DNA of 64,000 nt from Vicugna vicugna (taxonomy: Eukaryota), in the NCBI GenBank assembly GCA_013265495.1, contig MU058034.1:186001-250000 (forward strand), given 5' to 3'. Under the pieces are notes generated by a model. The model had not been told where the DNA came from, made no database searches, and was given only the letters and a program-made list of their open reading frames with translations. A program made the position numbers and the translations under genes. Positions 25,701 through 38,134 of the stretch are shown one piece after another (positions within the stretch are counted from its first letter, which is position 1; each line of letters starts with the position of its first letter).

Positions 25701-26614
25701 GTATCTGTTTCCAAGGCACTGCCATTAACATGCACTAACTCTTAAATAATCAGTCGAGAACCTTCAGGATCTTTTACATCCTTGAAGTAGGAAGAATTTC
25801 TCTGAGTATTAAAAGCATAACCTAAGGTTAACTTGTAGGTTATTTCTTTCATGTAACTTTAACTCAGTTGTACAAAAGATGAGAAACCTTTGATTAATAG
25901 ACTGATACTCTTTATAATATTAATATGATTCTGGGAAAAATAAGAAAACTAACTAGAAGGTGAGTAAAGAAGTGCCATTACACATGAATGTGCCTTGCTC
26001 ACCAGTGACCTCAACATCAGAATCCCAATTGTGCACCAAATAAAAGGACTATCAGAATATTTCTGCTCTTAAAAAAAAGGGTTTCACTTTCAAGCATTCA
26101 TCCTACACATTACACATTCTCATATTGTTGTTTTAGCCAACAGAAAATATAATGCATCCCATGTCCATTTCTACAAGGACATTCTGGCTAAATTAGTTTA
26201 ACCAAGGCGCTAAAATCTAATGTTTTCTCTCCAAAGTAACAAAAGCATTTTAGAGCTACTTTCACTGCCTTGAAATGACTCAAAAATTGATAGAACAGCT
26301 TTCTTTTTGCCACTTTATATACTATTACCAAGTTATAAAATGTAAAGCTTGCACAGTCTTGTGATAGAAGCATGTTCATGGCATTTCCAGTGAGGATAAT
26401 AAGATACTGTGTCACTTGTCCAAGGTCATAGAATGGTGTTAAACTCAAGATTTAAATAATTCTTTTTTCTGACTGCAACGACCATTGTATTTTCACTTTG
26501 CTAGGTAAACCATGAAAACCAGTGGCTTTACAATTACAACTTGGAACTACTCCAGAAATTCCACAAACAATAAATTGTATTAATTAAAAGTTAAATTTCA
26601 CCACATGAAGAACG

Positions 26615-26618
<4 letters not shown>

Positions 26619-26672
<54 letters not shown>
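26619..26672. repeat. (TG)27 microsatellite
   Basis: Uninterrupted 54-bp dinucleotide run. Confidence 0.98.
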
Positions 26673-26675
<3 letters not shown>

Positions 26676-27349
26676 TTAATGGCTTGATGTAATAAAATGC
26701 TGTCAGAAGAGTTCTAGTGGGATCACATTTTTTTCCAGCATGTCATTCATGAAGAGAAAAGCAAAAAAAAAAAAAAATGAGATGTTTCTGTATAGCAGCA
26801 GGAAGGAAGTTGAAATACCTTTCCAACAAATTACCAAACCAGCTGCCATTTTGATTCTACATAGGACCATCATAGAATTATCCATCACTGAGAATTTTTC
26901 CGTCAAGAACCCCGCCTTTCGTCTCTATAGAGACTGCAAATTGAAACACTGCCTCATTCAGAATCTTCTCTATTGCCCTAAACCTGACTTCTTGCAATTG
27001 CCCTTCTCAATTCCATAAGAAACTCCATTCCTAGGGGTATAATTCTGTATAATCCACTAACCTGGATTTAAGATTTGTGGACATAGTGTAGAAATACTCA
27101 GAGATGCCCTGAATATTTTTTCCAGATGTTCTTGAGGGCACAGATCCATCATGGGTTATAAGGCCTTTGGGGAAGAAAAATGGATCAAGGTCAAAGAGAA
27201 AAGAGAATGCCCTGCTCCCATTTGTCACTGATTCTGAAATGCAGAGGCTTATACTTGGGTAGGCATTTTCAGGCGTTGAGAGGACTTTGGGGATTTTATT
27301 TACTGTGGAGTTTTTAAACTGTCAAATGCAAGATTAATGCTCAAAAGGA

Positions 27350-27470
27350 GGAAGCAGCATTGTCTCATGAAAAAAGCATGCGTTTAGAGACTTAGAGGTC
27401 AGATGTTACTGGGTTTGCTCTTCCTCTCTGTCACTTAGTACCTGTGGGAACTTGGACAAGTTGCTTAAAT
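27350..27470 (+). mobile_element. MIR fragment
   Basis: gaagcagcat, ctgggtttg..cctctctgtcacttagtacctgtgggaacttggacaagttgcttaa. Confidence 0.7.
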
Positions 27471-27544
27471 GAAGATGCTAATGTATTTATAAGACATTGT
27501 ATTGTATACATTATATATACATTATACTCTGTGTGCATGTATGT

Positions 27545-27992
27545 GAGTGGAGGGGTTTCTCCAAGAAGCAGAGCCAAGAAGAAATTAGACATGCAAGAGG
27601 CTTATTAAGGAAAAGCCTGGGAAAAAACATGAAAGTGTAGAAGTACACAGAGAGAGTCCTAGACCTCGTACAGATTTGACGCTTGTAGAAGTAAAGGGGC
27701 AGTGAAGGAGGTCAGGAATTATCTCAGACTGTAGAGGGGACCTAAGAAATTCTCAGACAGGATTGTCTTAGGGATCCCCTGAGCCAAAGTTGCCCCTCAG
27801 GGAATTCTGCCTCCTGCAGGAATGGGCTTAGTCTCTTGTACCCTCCTGAGAACATCCCTCAAGGAACGTGGCCTCGGTGTGAACTTGACAGTGGATCCAG
27901 CGGGGCAGCATAATGGGACTCCTAATCCAGTCTACTTCCTCAGCAGGGTCTCTGGAGGGAGATCCAAGTGGATCATCTCCGTGTACTATGGT
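27545..27992 (-). mobile_element. ERVL LTR, LTR16-like
   Basis: gggtttctccaagaagcagagcc, ctcagactgtag..ctaagaaa, cctgagccaaagttgccc, gcaggaatgggc, gtggcctcggtgtgaac. Confidence 0.65.
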
Positions 27993-29223
27993 GTGTGAGC
28001 TAGAAGTTGCACAAATAATTTAGGACAGTGAGAGACAATAGCTTTGTACATTATAAGAATTACTGTCTTTATTGAATAATGGTAGGGGCAGCTATTAATG
28101 AGAATCATCAGTCAGAGATTTTCAAATTTTAGGGTACGTAAGAGTACCCTTCAGGGTCTGGCTGAAAATGCTGGTCCCACTCTCAGAAATTACGATTCAG
28201 TGGATAGGTAGTGAGGAGGAACAATGTACTTTATGTGTGTGTATGTGTGTTTTCTAACTTTATTTTACTTTGAATTTTTTCACAGCTTTTTCCCCCCCAA
28301 TATTATTGACTATATCTCCATGCTGTGTATTTCATCCCCGTGACATTTATTTCATAACTGGAAATTTGTAACTCAATCTCCCTCACCTATTTTATTCTTC
28401 CCTCCATCTCCCTTCTAACTGGCAACCCCCAGTTTGCTCTCTGTATATATGAGTCTGTTGTTGTTTTGTTATGTTTGTCCATTTGTTTTGTTTTAGATTC
28501 CACATAGGAGTGAAATCATATGGTATTTGTCTATCTCCAATTTATTTCACTTAGCATGGTAAGGTCCATACATGTTGTTGCAAATGGCAAGATTTTATTC
28601 TTTCATATGGCTGAGTAATATTCCATTATATATATTATGTTTTATATATATATATCTATATGTGTCACATCGTTTTCATTAATCTGTCAATAGAAACTTA
28701 GGGTGTTTCTGTATGTTGGCAATTGTAAATAATGCTACAGGAAATATAAGGGTGCATGTATCTTTTCAGCTGAAGGTTTTTTCTTTGCATAAATAACCAG
28801 AAGTGGAAATGCTAAATATTTGGTGGTTCTTTATAATTTAATTGTTTGAGGAAACTCCATACTCTTTTCTGTATCAATTTACATTTCCACCTACAGTGTA
28901 AAAGTAATCCCTTTTCTCTGCTTCCTTGCCAGCACTTGTTATTTGTTGTCTTTTTTTTTTTAAATAGCAATTCTGACAGGTGTGAGGTATCTCATTGTGG
29001 TTTTGATTTGCATTTTCCTAATGATTAGTAATGTTGAGCATCTTTTCATGTATCTGTTGGCCATCTATGTCTTACTTGGAAAAATGTCTATTCAGGTCCT
29101 CTGTTTTTTTTTTTTTTTTTTTTTATTTCTAGGGAGAGGCAAGTCTGGCCTCTTTTACTGCATATTGGGCTAAAAGAAAAATTTCCCTTGGTAAGGCTTT
29201 GAAAAAGTAAAAAAAAAAAAAAA

Positions 29224-29278
29224 NNNNNNNNNNNNNNNNNNNNNNNNNNNNNNNNNNNNNNNNNNNNNNNNNNNNNNN
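29224..29278. other. Assembly gap (55 N) between poly-A and poly-T runs
   Basis: N run seen directly. Confidence 1.
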
Positions 29279-29620
29279 TTTTTTTTTTTTTTTTTTTTTT
29301 GAGATTCCAAGAGATTTTATTGAAGTATAGTCAGTTTACAATGCTGGGCCAATTTCTAGTATACAGTATAATGTTTTAGCATTACATATACATATACATA
29401 TATATTCATTTTCATACTTTTTCATTGTAGGTTACTACAATATATTGAATATAGTTTCCTATGCTATACAGTATAAACTTGTTTATTTTATATATAGTAG
29501 TTAGTATCTGCAAATTTCAAACTCTTAATTTATCTTTTCCCATCCTCTTTCCCCCTGGTAACCATAAGTTTTTGTCTGTGTTTGTGAGTCTATTTCTGCT
29601 ATGTAAATAAGTTCACATGT
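29279..29620 (-). mobile_element. Young lineage-specific L1 3' end nested in the older L1
   Basis: Poly-T, then ttttattgaagtatagtcagtttacaatg ... ccccctggtaaccataagttt. Host L1 sequence is duplicated at 29079-29105 and 29621-29647. Confidence 0.88.
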
Positions 29621-32600
29621 GAAAAATGTCTGTTAAGGTCCTCTGTTCATTTTTTAAATCCAGTCATTTTGTTTTCTTTTGTTTTTGATGTTGAGTTGTA
29701 TGAGTTCTTTGTGTACTTTGGATATTAACCTCTTATCAGATATATTGTTTGTCAATATATTTTCTCATTCATTAGGTTGCCTTTTTGTTTTGTGATAGTT
29801 TTTCTTCCTGCGCAAACCATTTTAATTACATATAGTCCCATTTGTTTATTTTTCTGTATGTTTCTTGTGCTTTGAAGAGACAAATCTAAAGAAATACTGC
29901 TAAAAGTGATGTCAGAGGATGTACTGTTTATATTTTCTTGTAAGAGTTTTATGGTTTCATATCTTACATTTAAATATTTAATTCATTTTGAGGTTTTTTT
30001 TTTTGTATGTGGTATGAAAAAGTAGTCCACTTTGATTCTTTTGTATGTAGCTGTCCAGTTTTCCCAACACCATCTATTAAAGAAGCTGTGTTTTCCCCAA
30101 TGTATGTTTTTGACAACTTTGTTGTAGATTGATGGACCACGTAATTGTGAGTTTATTTCTGGGTTCTGTATTCTGTTCCATCGATGTATGTGTCTGTTTT
30201 TGTGCCAGCACCATGCTGTTTTGATTATTGTAGCTTTGTAGTATAGTTTGAAATCTGGAAGTGTGATACCTTCAGTTTTGTTCTTCTGTTTCAAAACTGT
30301 TTTGTCTGTTAGGGGTCTTTGTGTTTCCATACAAATTTTAGAATATTTGTTCTAGTTCTATTAAAAAGGCCATTTGTATTTTGATAGGAATTGTAATATA
30401 TATCTAAATTGACTAGGAAATTATGATCATTTTAATAATCTTTCTTTTTCTAAATCATGAGAATAGTGTATCTTTCCCTTTGTTTGGGCTATCTTCAATT
30501 CCTTTTTTCAATATCTTATAGTTTTCAGAGTACAGATCTCCTATTTCCTTACTTGGTTAGATTTATTCCTAAATATTTTATTCTTTTTGATGGAATTGTA
30601 AATGGGATTATTTTATTAATTTCTCTTTCTAGTTGTTCTTGTTAGTGTTTAAAAACAACAGATTTCTGGGTATTAATTTTACATTCTACAGCTTTACTGA
30701 ATTCATTTGTTAGCTATAATAGTTTTAATGGTGTTATCTTTAGGATTTTCTATATATAGTATCATGTCATCAGCAAACAGTGACAGTTTCACCTTTTTTT
30801 CTAATTTGGATTTCTTCTATTCCTTTTTACTGTCTGATTGTTGAGTCTAGGATTTCCAATACTATGTTACATAGAAATGGTGACATTGGTATCCTTGTCT
30901 TGTTCTTAGAGGAAAGGCTTAGCTCTTCACCATTGAGTAGCTGTGGGCCTGTCATATATGGTCTTATTATGTTGAGATAGGTTCTCTCTATACCCACTTT
31001 GTTGAGAGTTTTTATCATAAATGGTTGTTAAATTTTATCAAAGGATTTTTCTGCATCTATTGAAATGGTCATATGATTTGTATTCTTCAGTTTGTTAATG
31101 TGGTATATCACACTGAATGATTTGCAGACATTGAGCCATCCTTGCATCTCTGAGATAAATTTCTCTTTGTCATGTTGTATGATCCTTTTATTGTATTGCT
31201 CATTCAATTTACTACTATTTTGTTGAAAATTTTTGCATCTATGTTTCTTAGTTATACTGGCCTGCAGTTTCCTTTCTTTGTGTTCTCTTTGTCTGATTTG
31301 GGGCAGGGTGATGCTGGCCTTGTAAAATGAGTTCAGAAATGCCCTGACAACCCTGCATTTTTACTCTCCTCCACACTTAAATATTTTTGATATCATATTT
31401 TACACCTTTTTGTTTTGTGTATCCCTTAACTACTTATTGAGGGTATAGATTATTTTGCTTCTTTTGTCTCCTAAATTTCCTACTAGCTTTATACATGGCT
31501 TATCTACTGCATTTGCTGTATATTTGTGTTTAACATTGTGATTTCTTTAAAATAACTTTTGTATGTCTTATTGTGGTCTTTTCTTTCCCACTTGGAGAAG
31601 TCTCTTTAATATTTCTTGGACAGCTGGTTTAGTGGTGTTGAACTCTTTGAGCTTCTGCTTGTCTGTAAAACATTCGTCTTTCATTCAGATCTGAATGATA
31701 GCCTTGCCTGGTAGAGTATTCTTGGTGGTGGTGGTGGTGGTTGTTGTTGTTTTCATCACTTGAAATATATCTTGTTACTCCCTTTTTGCCTGCATAGTTT
31801 CTTCTGAAAAGTTAGTTGTTTATCTTATGGAAGTTCCCTTGTACTTAGCTAGTTGCTTTTCCCTTGCTGCTTTTAAGATTCTATCTTTATCTTAATTTTT
31901 GCTATTCTAATTAAAATGTGTCTTGGTGTGGACCTCTTTGGGTTGATCTTGTTTGGGACTCTCTGTGTTCCCTGGACCTGGATGCCTGTTTCCTTTCCTA
32001 AGTTAGGGAAGTGTTTAGCTAATACCACTTCAGATAAGTTTTATGCCTCTTCTCTTCCTCTTCTTTTCCTGGGACCCGTATAGTGCAAATGTTAGTATGC
32101 TTGATGTTATACCAGAGATCTCTTAAACTATGCTAATTTAAAAATTCTTTTTTCTTTCTTTATTTTCTTTTTGTTCTGTTTAAGTGATTTCTAGGACTCT
32201 GCCTTCCAGTTCACTGATCTGTTCCTCTGTATCATGTTTACTGTTGATTCCTTCTAGTGTATTTTTAAAATTTCAGCTATTATTTAGCTCTATTGGATTC
32301 TTTTTTATATTTTTCTATTTTTTGTTAAGCTTTTCACTGTGTTCATCAATTCTTCTCTTGAGTTTGTTGGGTATCTTTATGACTATGGACTCTTTATTGG
32401 GTAAATTGCTTAACTTTACTTCACTTAGTTCTTCTGGTGTTTTATCTTGTTCCTTCATTTGGAACATACTCCCTTGTCATCTCCTTTTGCCTAATTGTCT
32501 GTTTTTATTTGTATATATTAGGTTTAATGCTTCCTGATCTTGGAAAAGTAGCCTTCTGTAGAGTATGTCCTATGGGTCCTACTCCCCTCTGGTAACCAGT

Positions 32601-35600
32601 TATACGCTCTAGAGGCTAAGTGGGTTATGTGGTCCCTTCTCTTGTGGCAGGGCCAACTAATGTGGGTGAGCTCATTGATAGGGCTTGACTCAGGCCTGGC
32701 TGGCTGCCATGTCCTGCCTCATATAGTAGCTGCCAGCCCTCTGGAGGGCGAGACTGGGTCCCAGCACAGCTGGCCACACAGCCCAGGGAGTCCCAGGCCT
32801 GTGCTGGCCTACCTGTGGATGGGGACAGGTCCTTGACAGCTGGATGTGGGTCTCAGGAATTCCAGTGGATGGTTCTTACTGATTGGTGGACACATAAGCC
32901 CCCAGCACTAATAGACTAGTGAGAGGACTCTAAAATGCCCCTTGCCATCACCAGTGTCCATGTGTTCAAATGAGCTCCCCCAAATGGCTGCCTTTAACAT
33001 CTGTTTTTGCAGGAGTGTCCCATTTACTTCCTGCCTCTCTGAGAGTCTCTCCAAAATCAACTAGTAGATCTGACCCAGACTCCTTTCAAATTACTTCCTC
33101 TGCACTTGATCTTGGAGACTATGAGGTTTTGCATTAGCCCTTTAAGAGTGGATTCTCTGTTTCCTATAGCCCTCCAGCTCTCCTGTTTGCCAGCCCTGCT
33201 GGCCTTCAAAGCCACTTGTTCTGGAGGCTTGTATTCCCGGTGCAGGGCCCCAGGCTGGGGAGCCTGCTTTGGGGCTCAGACCTCTCACTCTTTGGAGAGA
33301 ACCCCTACAATTATGATTACCCTCCTGTCTGTGGGCTGTCCATCTAGGGGTGTGGTTCTTGTTTGTATCATGTCTTTGTTCCTTCTACCCATCTCATTGC
33401 GGTTCCTTCTTTATATCATTAGTTGTGGAATTTTTTTTCTGCTAGTCTTTAGGTTATTCTCATCAAGAGTTGCTCTATAAAATGTTGTGATTTTGGTATG
33501 CTCATGGGAGAATGTGAGCTCAAGGTCTTCTTACTCTACCATCTTGGCCACCTCAATGGTGTGCATTTTTAACAAACAACCAAGGAATTCTGATGTTTGT
33601 TTACCATAGTCTGAAAAACACTGACCTATACCTAAGTCATATAGAATATGTAAAACTACATTGATTCTTCAATACCCTGTTAAGATCGGATAAGTTAGGT
33701 TTTTATATTTTAAAAATCTACTTTGGGAAATTAAGAGTTATTTTTATTTATCCAAAAAATTGTAATTGGTGTATGATATCATACAACTGAGGCATCAATA
33801 AGTTAGTAATTTTTATGGAAGTTCACAAAGACAGAAGAAACTAACAGCCATTTGGAGGACTTCATTTTCCTTTCTCAGCTAGTATCTCTCTGCTAGCCTA
33901 AGTGCCATTATCTACTTTAATCATAATGAATCACTGCATTTGTGAATGACAGGTACTTACTTATGCAGATGGATTGCCCACACTGAGCTAGTTTAGTTGA
34001 TCAAGCTTTCCAGGTCAAGTAGGGCATTTCCCTAGATAAGACTAAGAAACAAGATAAATTTCTTGGGAGATGAAGAGAAAATCATTAGAGTATATCATTC
34101 TATTTGGAATTTCAAGTAGTATCTTTATCCTTAAATTGTTCCTCAGTTATTGGTCAGATTTACTATAAACATTCTTTCTTGGAATATTCATTATCTTATT
34201 GAACTCTTATCATTTTCCTGTTGTTCAACCTCACAAAAAATGTACTGAAATGGGATAAATATTCCAATGGAAATATGAACATTATGTGAAAGGCAGGTTC
34301 AGTATAAATGTAAATTGCTTTATAAAAACATAGCAGTACTCTAAAAGAGACTAATTTAATGTGAACAAAACATGTTAAAGTGACTTTTAATGTTAATGTA
34401 TCTATAATTTTTCACTAGCTTGAAAATAGTAATTAGTGACAAAGTTATAATTTTATGACAATACTCTGCTTAGTTTGAGATCATTGAATGACCTAATAGA
34501 GGTCATTCTTATTTGTTTTATGGTTTCATTTCTAATTTACAAACTTGAATAAGACTGCTTTCTTGGTGCTTAAGTTAATCTAGTGTAATATAAATGATGT
34601 TAAAATGACAGAATGGTACATTAGACTTCATTTCATTTTCCATTAAAAATTTAAATTATAGTTTGTGACTTGCGTTTTTGTTTTTATAACTGCCTGAAAA
34701 GAATCACACGTCTATTTTCCAAATGATGTGCAACCTAGTAGAGGACCCCTATGAACTTTACAACTGCAGTGCTCAGACAGTATCCTGAAATTTATTTTAT
34801 ATGTAATAAGATCAAATGAGGATGATGGGAAAACCATTAAATAAATATTATAATTTGTTAAAACATTTTAAGTTCTTGTGCAAAACCTTATACCAAATAA
34901 TTTCTAATATTCTTAATGGCTTTGTGGTGATTCTCTGTTAGACATGATGTGTGCAAACGGTGCACTGTTACATGGTTTTGGAGTCCTGACTTTGATCTAC
35001 CTATGAGCATATATTCATGAATCTAAAAAGAAAAGTCCTTCATTCCATGTCTACTGATCAGGTCTGTCTGCTTTGAATTCTCTCTCTTAGGCTTGAGGTC
35101 TCTATTCAAAGAATTCATTGCTGCAAAAGGGTTCACAATGTCTTCTTGCTTCTCAAGATAGCAAGACAAGCTACCAGTTGTCTTGTTGGCAATGTATTTA
35201 CAGTCTTCAAGATTGTGTTGTTGTTGCCAAGTACCTAAAAAGAAGTGCTCACAGAGATCTAGCCCCTACAGGTAGTTCCTGTTTAGAATAATATATTCCC
35301 TAACTATCTAACCTCATCCCAAATATGCAAGTGGTATGACCTGCTGAGACATTGGGTTATATAGAAAAAAATCAAGCAAAATGACACCTGATCATTCAAA
35401 AGAAACAGCAGATAAGAATGGATATTTTAGGTTCATTATTAACTTTATCTTACCATGGTCATTATGCCATTTACTCTTCCATTCTAAAATTACTGGAATG
35501 TCTTAAAATGGATTACCAGACCACCTTTGAGTCAGTGATCTTGGTGTCTCATAATGTGGGCATCTCTGTTCATTTCGACATTACCTCCACCCCATGCATC

Positions 35601-35737
35601 CTAGTAAAGTGAACAGAAGAAAGAGCAGGCCATCAATGGAGGCAGTTCTTTCTAGAGCAAAGAGTATACAGGTTTCAGTGTTTTGTTCTTTATAACAGGA
35701 ACCCTAAAGAAACTAGCCCATTACTTACACTGAGCTG

Positions 35738-35847
35738 ATAGAAGATGCCTACTGAAATCTCAGGGGTGAAAGGACTAACCTACTAACAAGTTATAGAATT
35801 TGCTTACTGAAATCTCAAGGGCAGAAGGACTAACTCATTGACAAGTT
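35738..35847. repeat. Two-copy tandem duplication, 55-bp unit, 44/55 identical
   Basis: atagaagatgcctactgaaatctcaggggtgaaaggactaacctactaacaagtt vs atagaatttgcttactgaaatctcaagggcagaaggactaactcattgacaagtt, ungapped. Confidence 0.92.
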
Positions 35848-36139
35848 AGCATGTCCAAAAACAGTGGGAATATTTACACATTACTTTGAGGGAATTTCGA
35901 TAATTTTATGAAAAAGTTATTCTAGCATGTAAAAGAAGTAAGTATTTAAATGAAGGAATATATTAGAGAAATAGTTATTTCATATAACATAAAGCATTCT
36001 TAGAACAAAATCATTAAACTACTTGACATAATAAAGAACAATTATCTAAAATTTGTAGTGGGTATTAAATTTCCTTATGAAAAGAATATACAAACACATA
36101 CTATTGATCTCTTTTTCAATCTCAATCTTCTGAAGTTTT

Positions 36140-36434
36140 TTTTTAAATTTTTTATTGATTTATAATCATTTTACAATGTTGTGTCAAATTCCAGTGTAGA
36201 GCACAAGTTTTCAGTTACACATAAACATATATATTCATTGTCACATTTTTTTCTCTGTGAACTACCGTAAGATCTTGTATATATTTCCCTGTGCTATACA
36301 GTATAATCTTGTTTATCTGTTCTACATTTTTGAAATCCCAGTCTATCCCATCCCACCCCCCACCCCCTTGGCAACCACGAGATTGCATTCTATGTCTATG
36401 AGTCTATTTCTGTTTTGTATTTATGCTTTGTTTG
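36140..36434 (-). mobile_element. Youngest-looking L1 3' end, perfect 16-bp TSD
   Basis: TSD aatcttctgaagtttt at 36124-36139 and 36435-36450. Body tttttattgatttataatcattttacaatgttgtgtcaaattccagtgtagagcacaa. Confidence 0.93.
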
Positions 36435-38134
36435 AATCTTCTGAAGTTTTGAGGGGAATAATTTGGAAAAAAAATGTTTATATATCAGCTGTTACATTTT
36501 GGGGTTGAAATATATGCTCTCAATCAATATGACACTTCTTAACCTTCCCCAAAACAAAACAAAAGCTACTTCTGTGGTGTCTTTAGAATTACTTTTCTTT
36601 GATCTCCCAAACTGTTCTATCTTTAAGTGTTCTCTGAATATATTCTTCATTTTCTTCCTTCCAAAATCTGACAGTTGTTTGTTGAAAACACAATCTCTAA
36701 AGCTTCTGTAGGGAACAACACTTCTTTCTTCCATTCTGCATGGGTTATAGAGCCAGGATGTAGAGTAGATATTTTATCAGCTCCTTATTGCCCCTTCAAA
36801 ATCATTCCTCATCTTTCCTCTTTCAAGAACTCAGATTTTTGAAAACTCAAGTCACAAAGCTATGTACATCTCTCCTCATAGTAATTATCTACCAATATAT
36901 TTGTCATTCACTGCCATTTATTTACGGCGTTAGATTCTGTCTCTTCTCTTCATCTCTTTTCTACTTGACCTCAACATCAAAATGCTTTAAAACCTTAGAC
37001 ATTAATCTCTTGATATATTTGCTTCCAGAATCTTTTTCTCTCCCCTAATTCGGGTTATTATTTCAAGGCTCAGACACTACACTTATTTATCACCATTGGC
37101 AGCAACCCTCTATGATCAACCATGACTCAAAAAAATTCCATACTCTAACATTTTTTACCCCTTTAAATTATCTTCCCATTGTTAATTGTTTCTATTCCTT
37201 TTTTACTCTCCATCATCTCCTTCTGTTCTCACCTCTCTCTTTAATTAGCATAGAATCCAAAGTCCAAAATAATAACTATGTCGTTGCAGGGAACCTTTAT
37301 TATTTTGTCTCTGTCTTGCTGAATCATAGTCATCTTTCAGATCTGGGTTTTATTTAATCATTTACTTAGTTTCACCTTAACATTTCTCCAAATGCAAACC
37401 CATTTCACTGAACAGAATTCAATTCCCCACTTTCTAAGTTTATTTCATACCTTCTATTGTCTACAAATTTTAAATTGTTTTCCTAAAGTGACTTATGAAT
37501 AGTCAAATAAGTTTCATAGTTGACAATTTCAACTCATTACTACTCGATGACCATCAAGCTGAGTGATCAGAAATAAGTTAATAAAATCTTCCATCATTAA
37601 TGTATGAAGTCAGTTTCCTCTCTCTCTTTCTGTATGACAGACATTCATGCATAGAGTCATGAAATATTCAACTATCTTTTCTTGAATATAATATGTGAGT
37701 ATGTATCAAACTAACTTATGCCTCCTTCAATGAACATTGTAAGTAAAACATGAAAACATAGAACAATCACCTCTTAAGCATGTTAACCGATTATAAAACT
37801 CATGTGAACTTTGACATTATGACTGTTGCTGAAGCTGGTACTGTTTGTATTTCATTATGCCCCTCAGCATTTTTCCTATTTGTGACTCATGATAGATGTC
37901 TTCAGTATGTTTATCTGAAAAGTATGTTTTATTTGCCAGTAAACCTATTTAGTCTATATCAGAGTTCTAAGATGGTGACTCTACAAAAGTCTGATCTTAT
38001 GTTTTTTAAGTTATTTTAGTATATATCTAAAAGAAATAATGTATCATATGTCTTCTGATAGGAAAAAGCAAAAGACTTCTCAAAGCCAAGACAGCAGCAA
38101 TCATCAAATGAGAATATGGAAAGGCAAATAAATA

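Larger units (their letters stand above)
28233..33554 (-). mobile_element. Decayed LINE-1 with both termini and an internal ORF2 deletion (junction near 31345)
   Basis: 5' terminus reads gaggtggccaagatggtagagtaagaagaccttgagctcac on the minus strand. ORF2 peptides GITLPDFKLYYKATIIKTAW and FNRWCWENW (ORF 29983..30330). RT motif LSLFADDMIL (FADD at 30766-30777). 3' UTR near 28260-28700. Confidence 0.93.
28113..33623. mobile_element. MER5A-like element split in two (28113-28232 and 33555-33623) by an L1 insertion
   Basis: Left half cagagattttcaaattttag...gattcagtgga; right half gcatttttaacaa..ggaattctgatg..tgaaaaacactg. Degenerate TSD aacaatgtacttt vs aatggtgtgcattt. Confidence 0.7.

Noticed and set aside
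29983..31018. RT-like ORFs as a functional or novel reverse transcriptase
   Set aside because: Plain L1 ORF2 fragments broken by stops and frameshifts.
35738..35847. CRISPR-like repeat array
   Set aside because: Only two directly adjacent, diverged units with no spacers, in mammalian DNA. No array is seen anywhere in the window.
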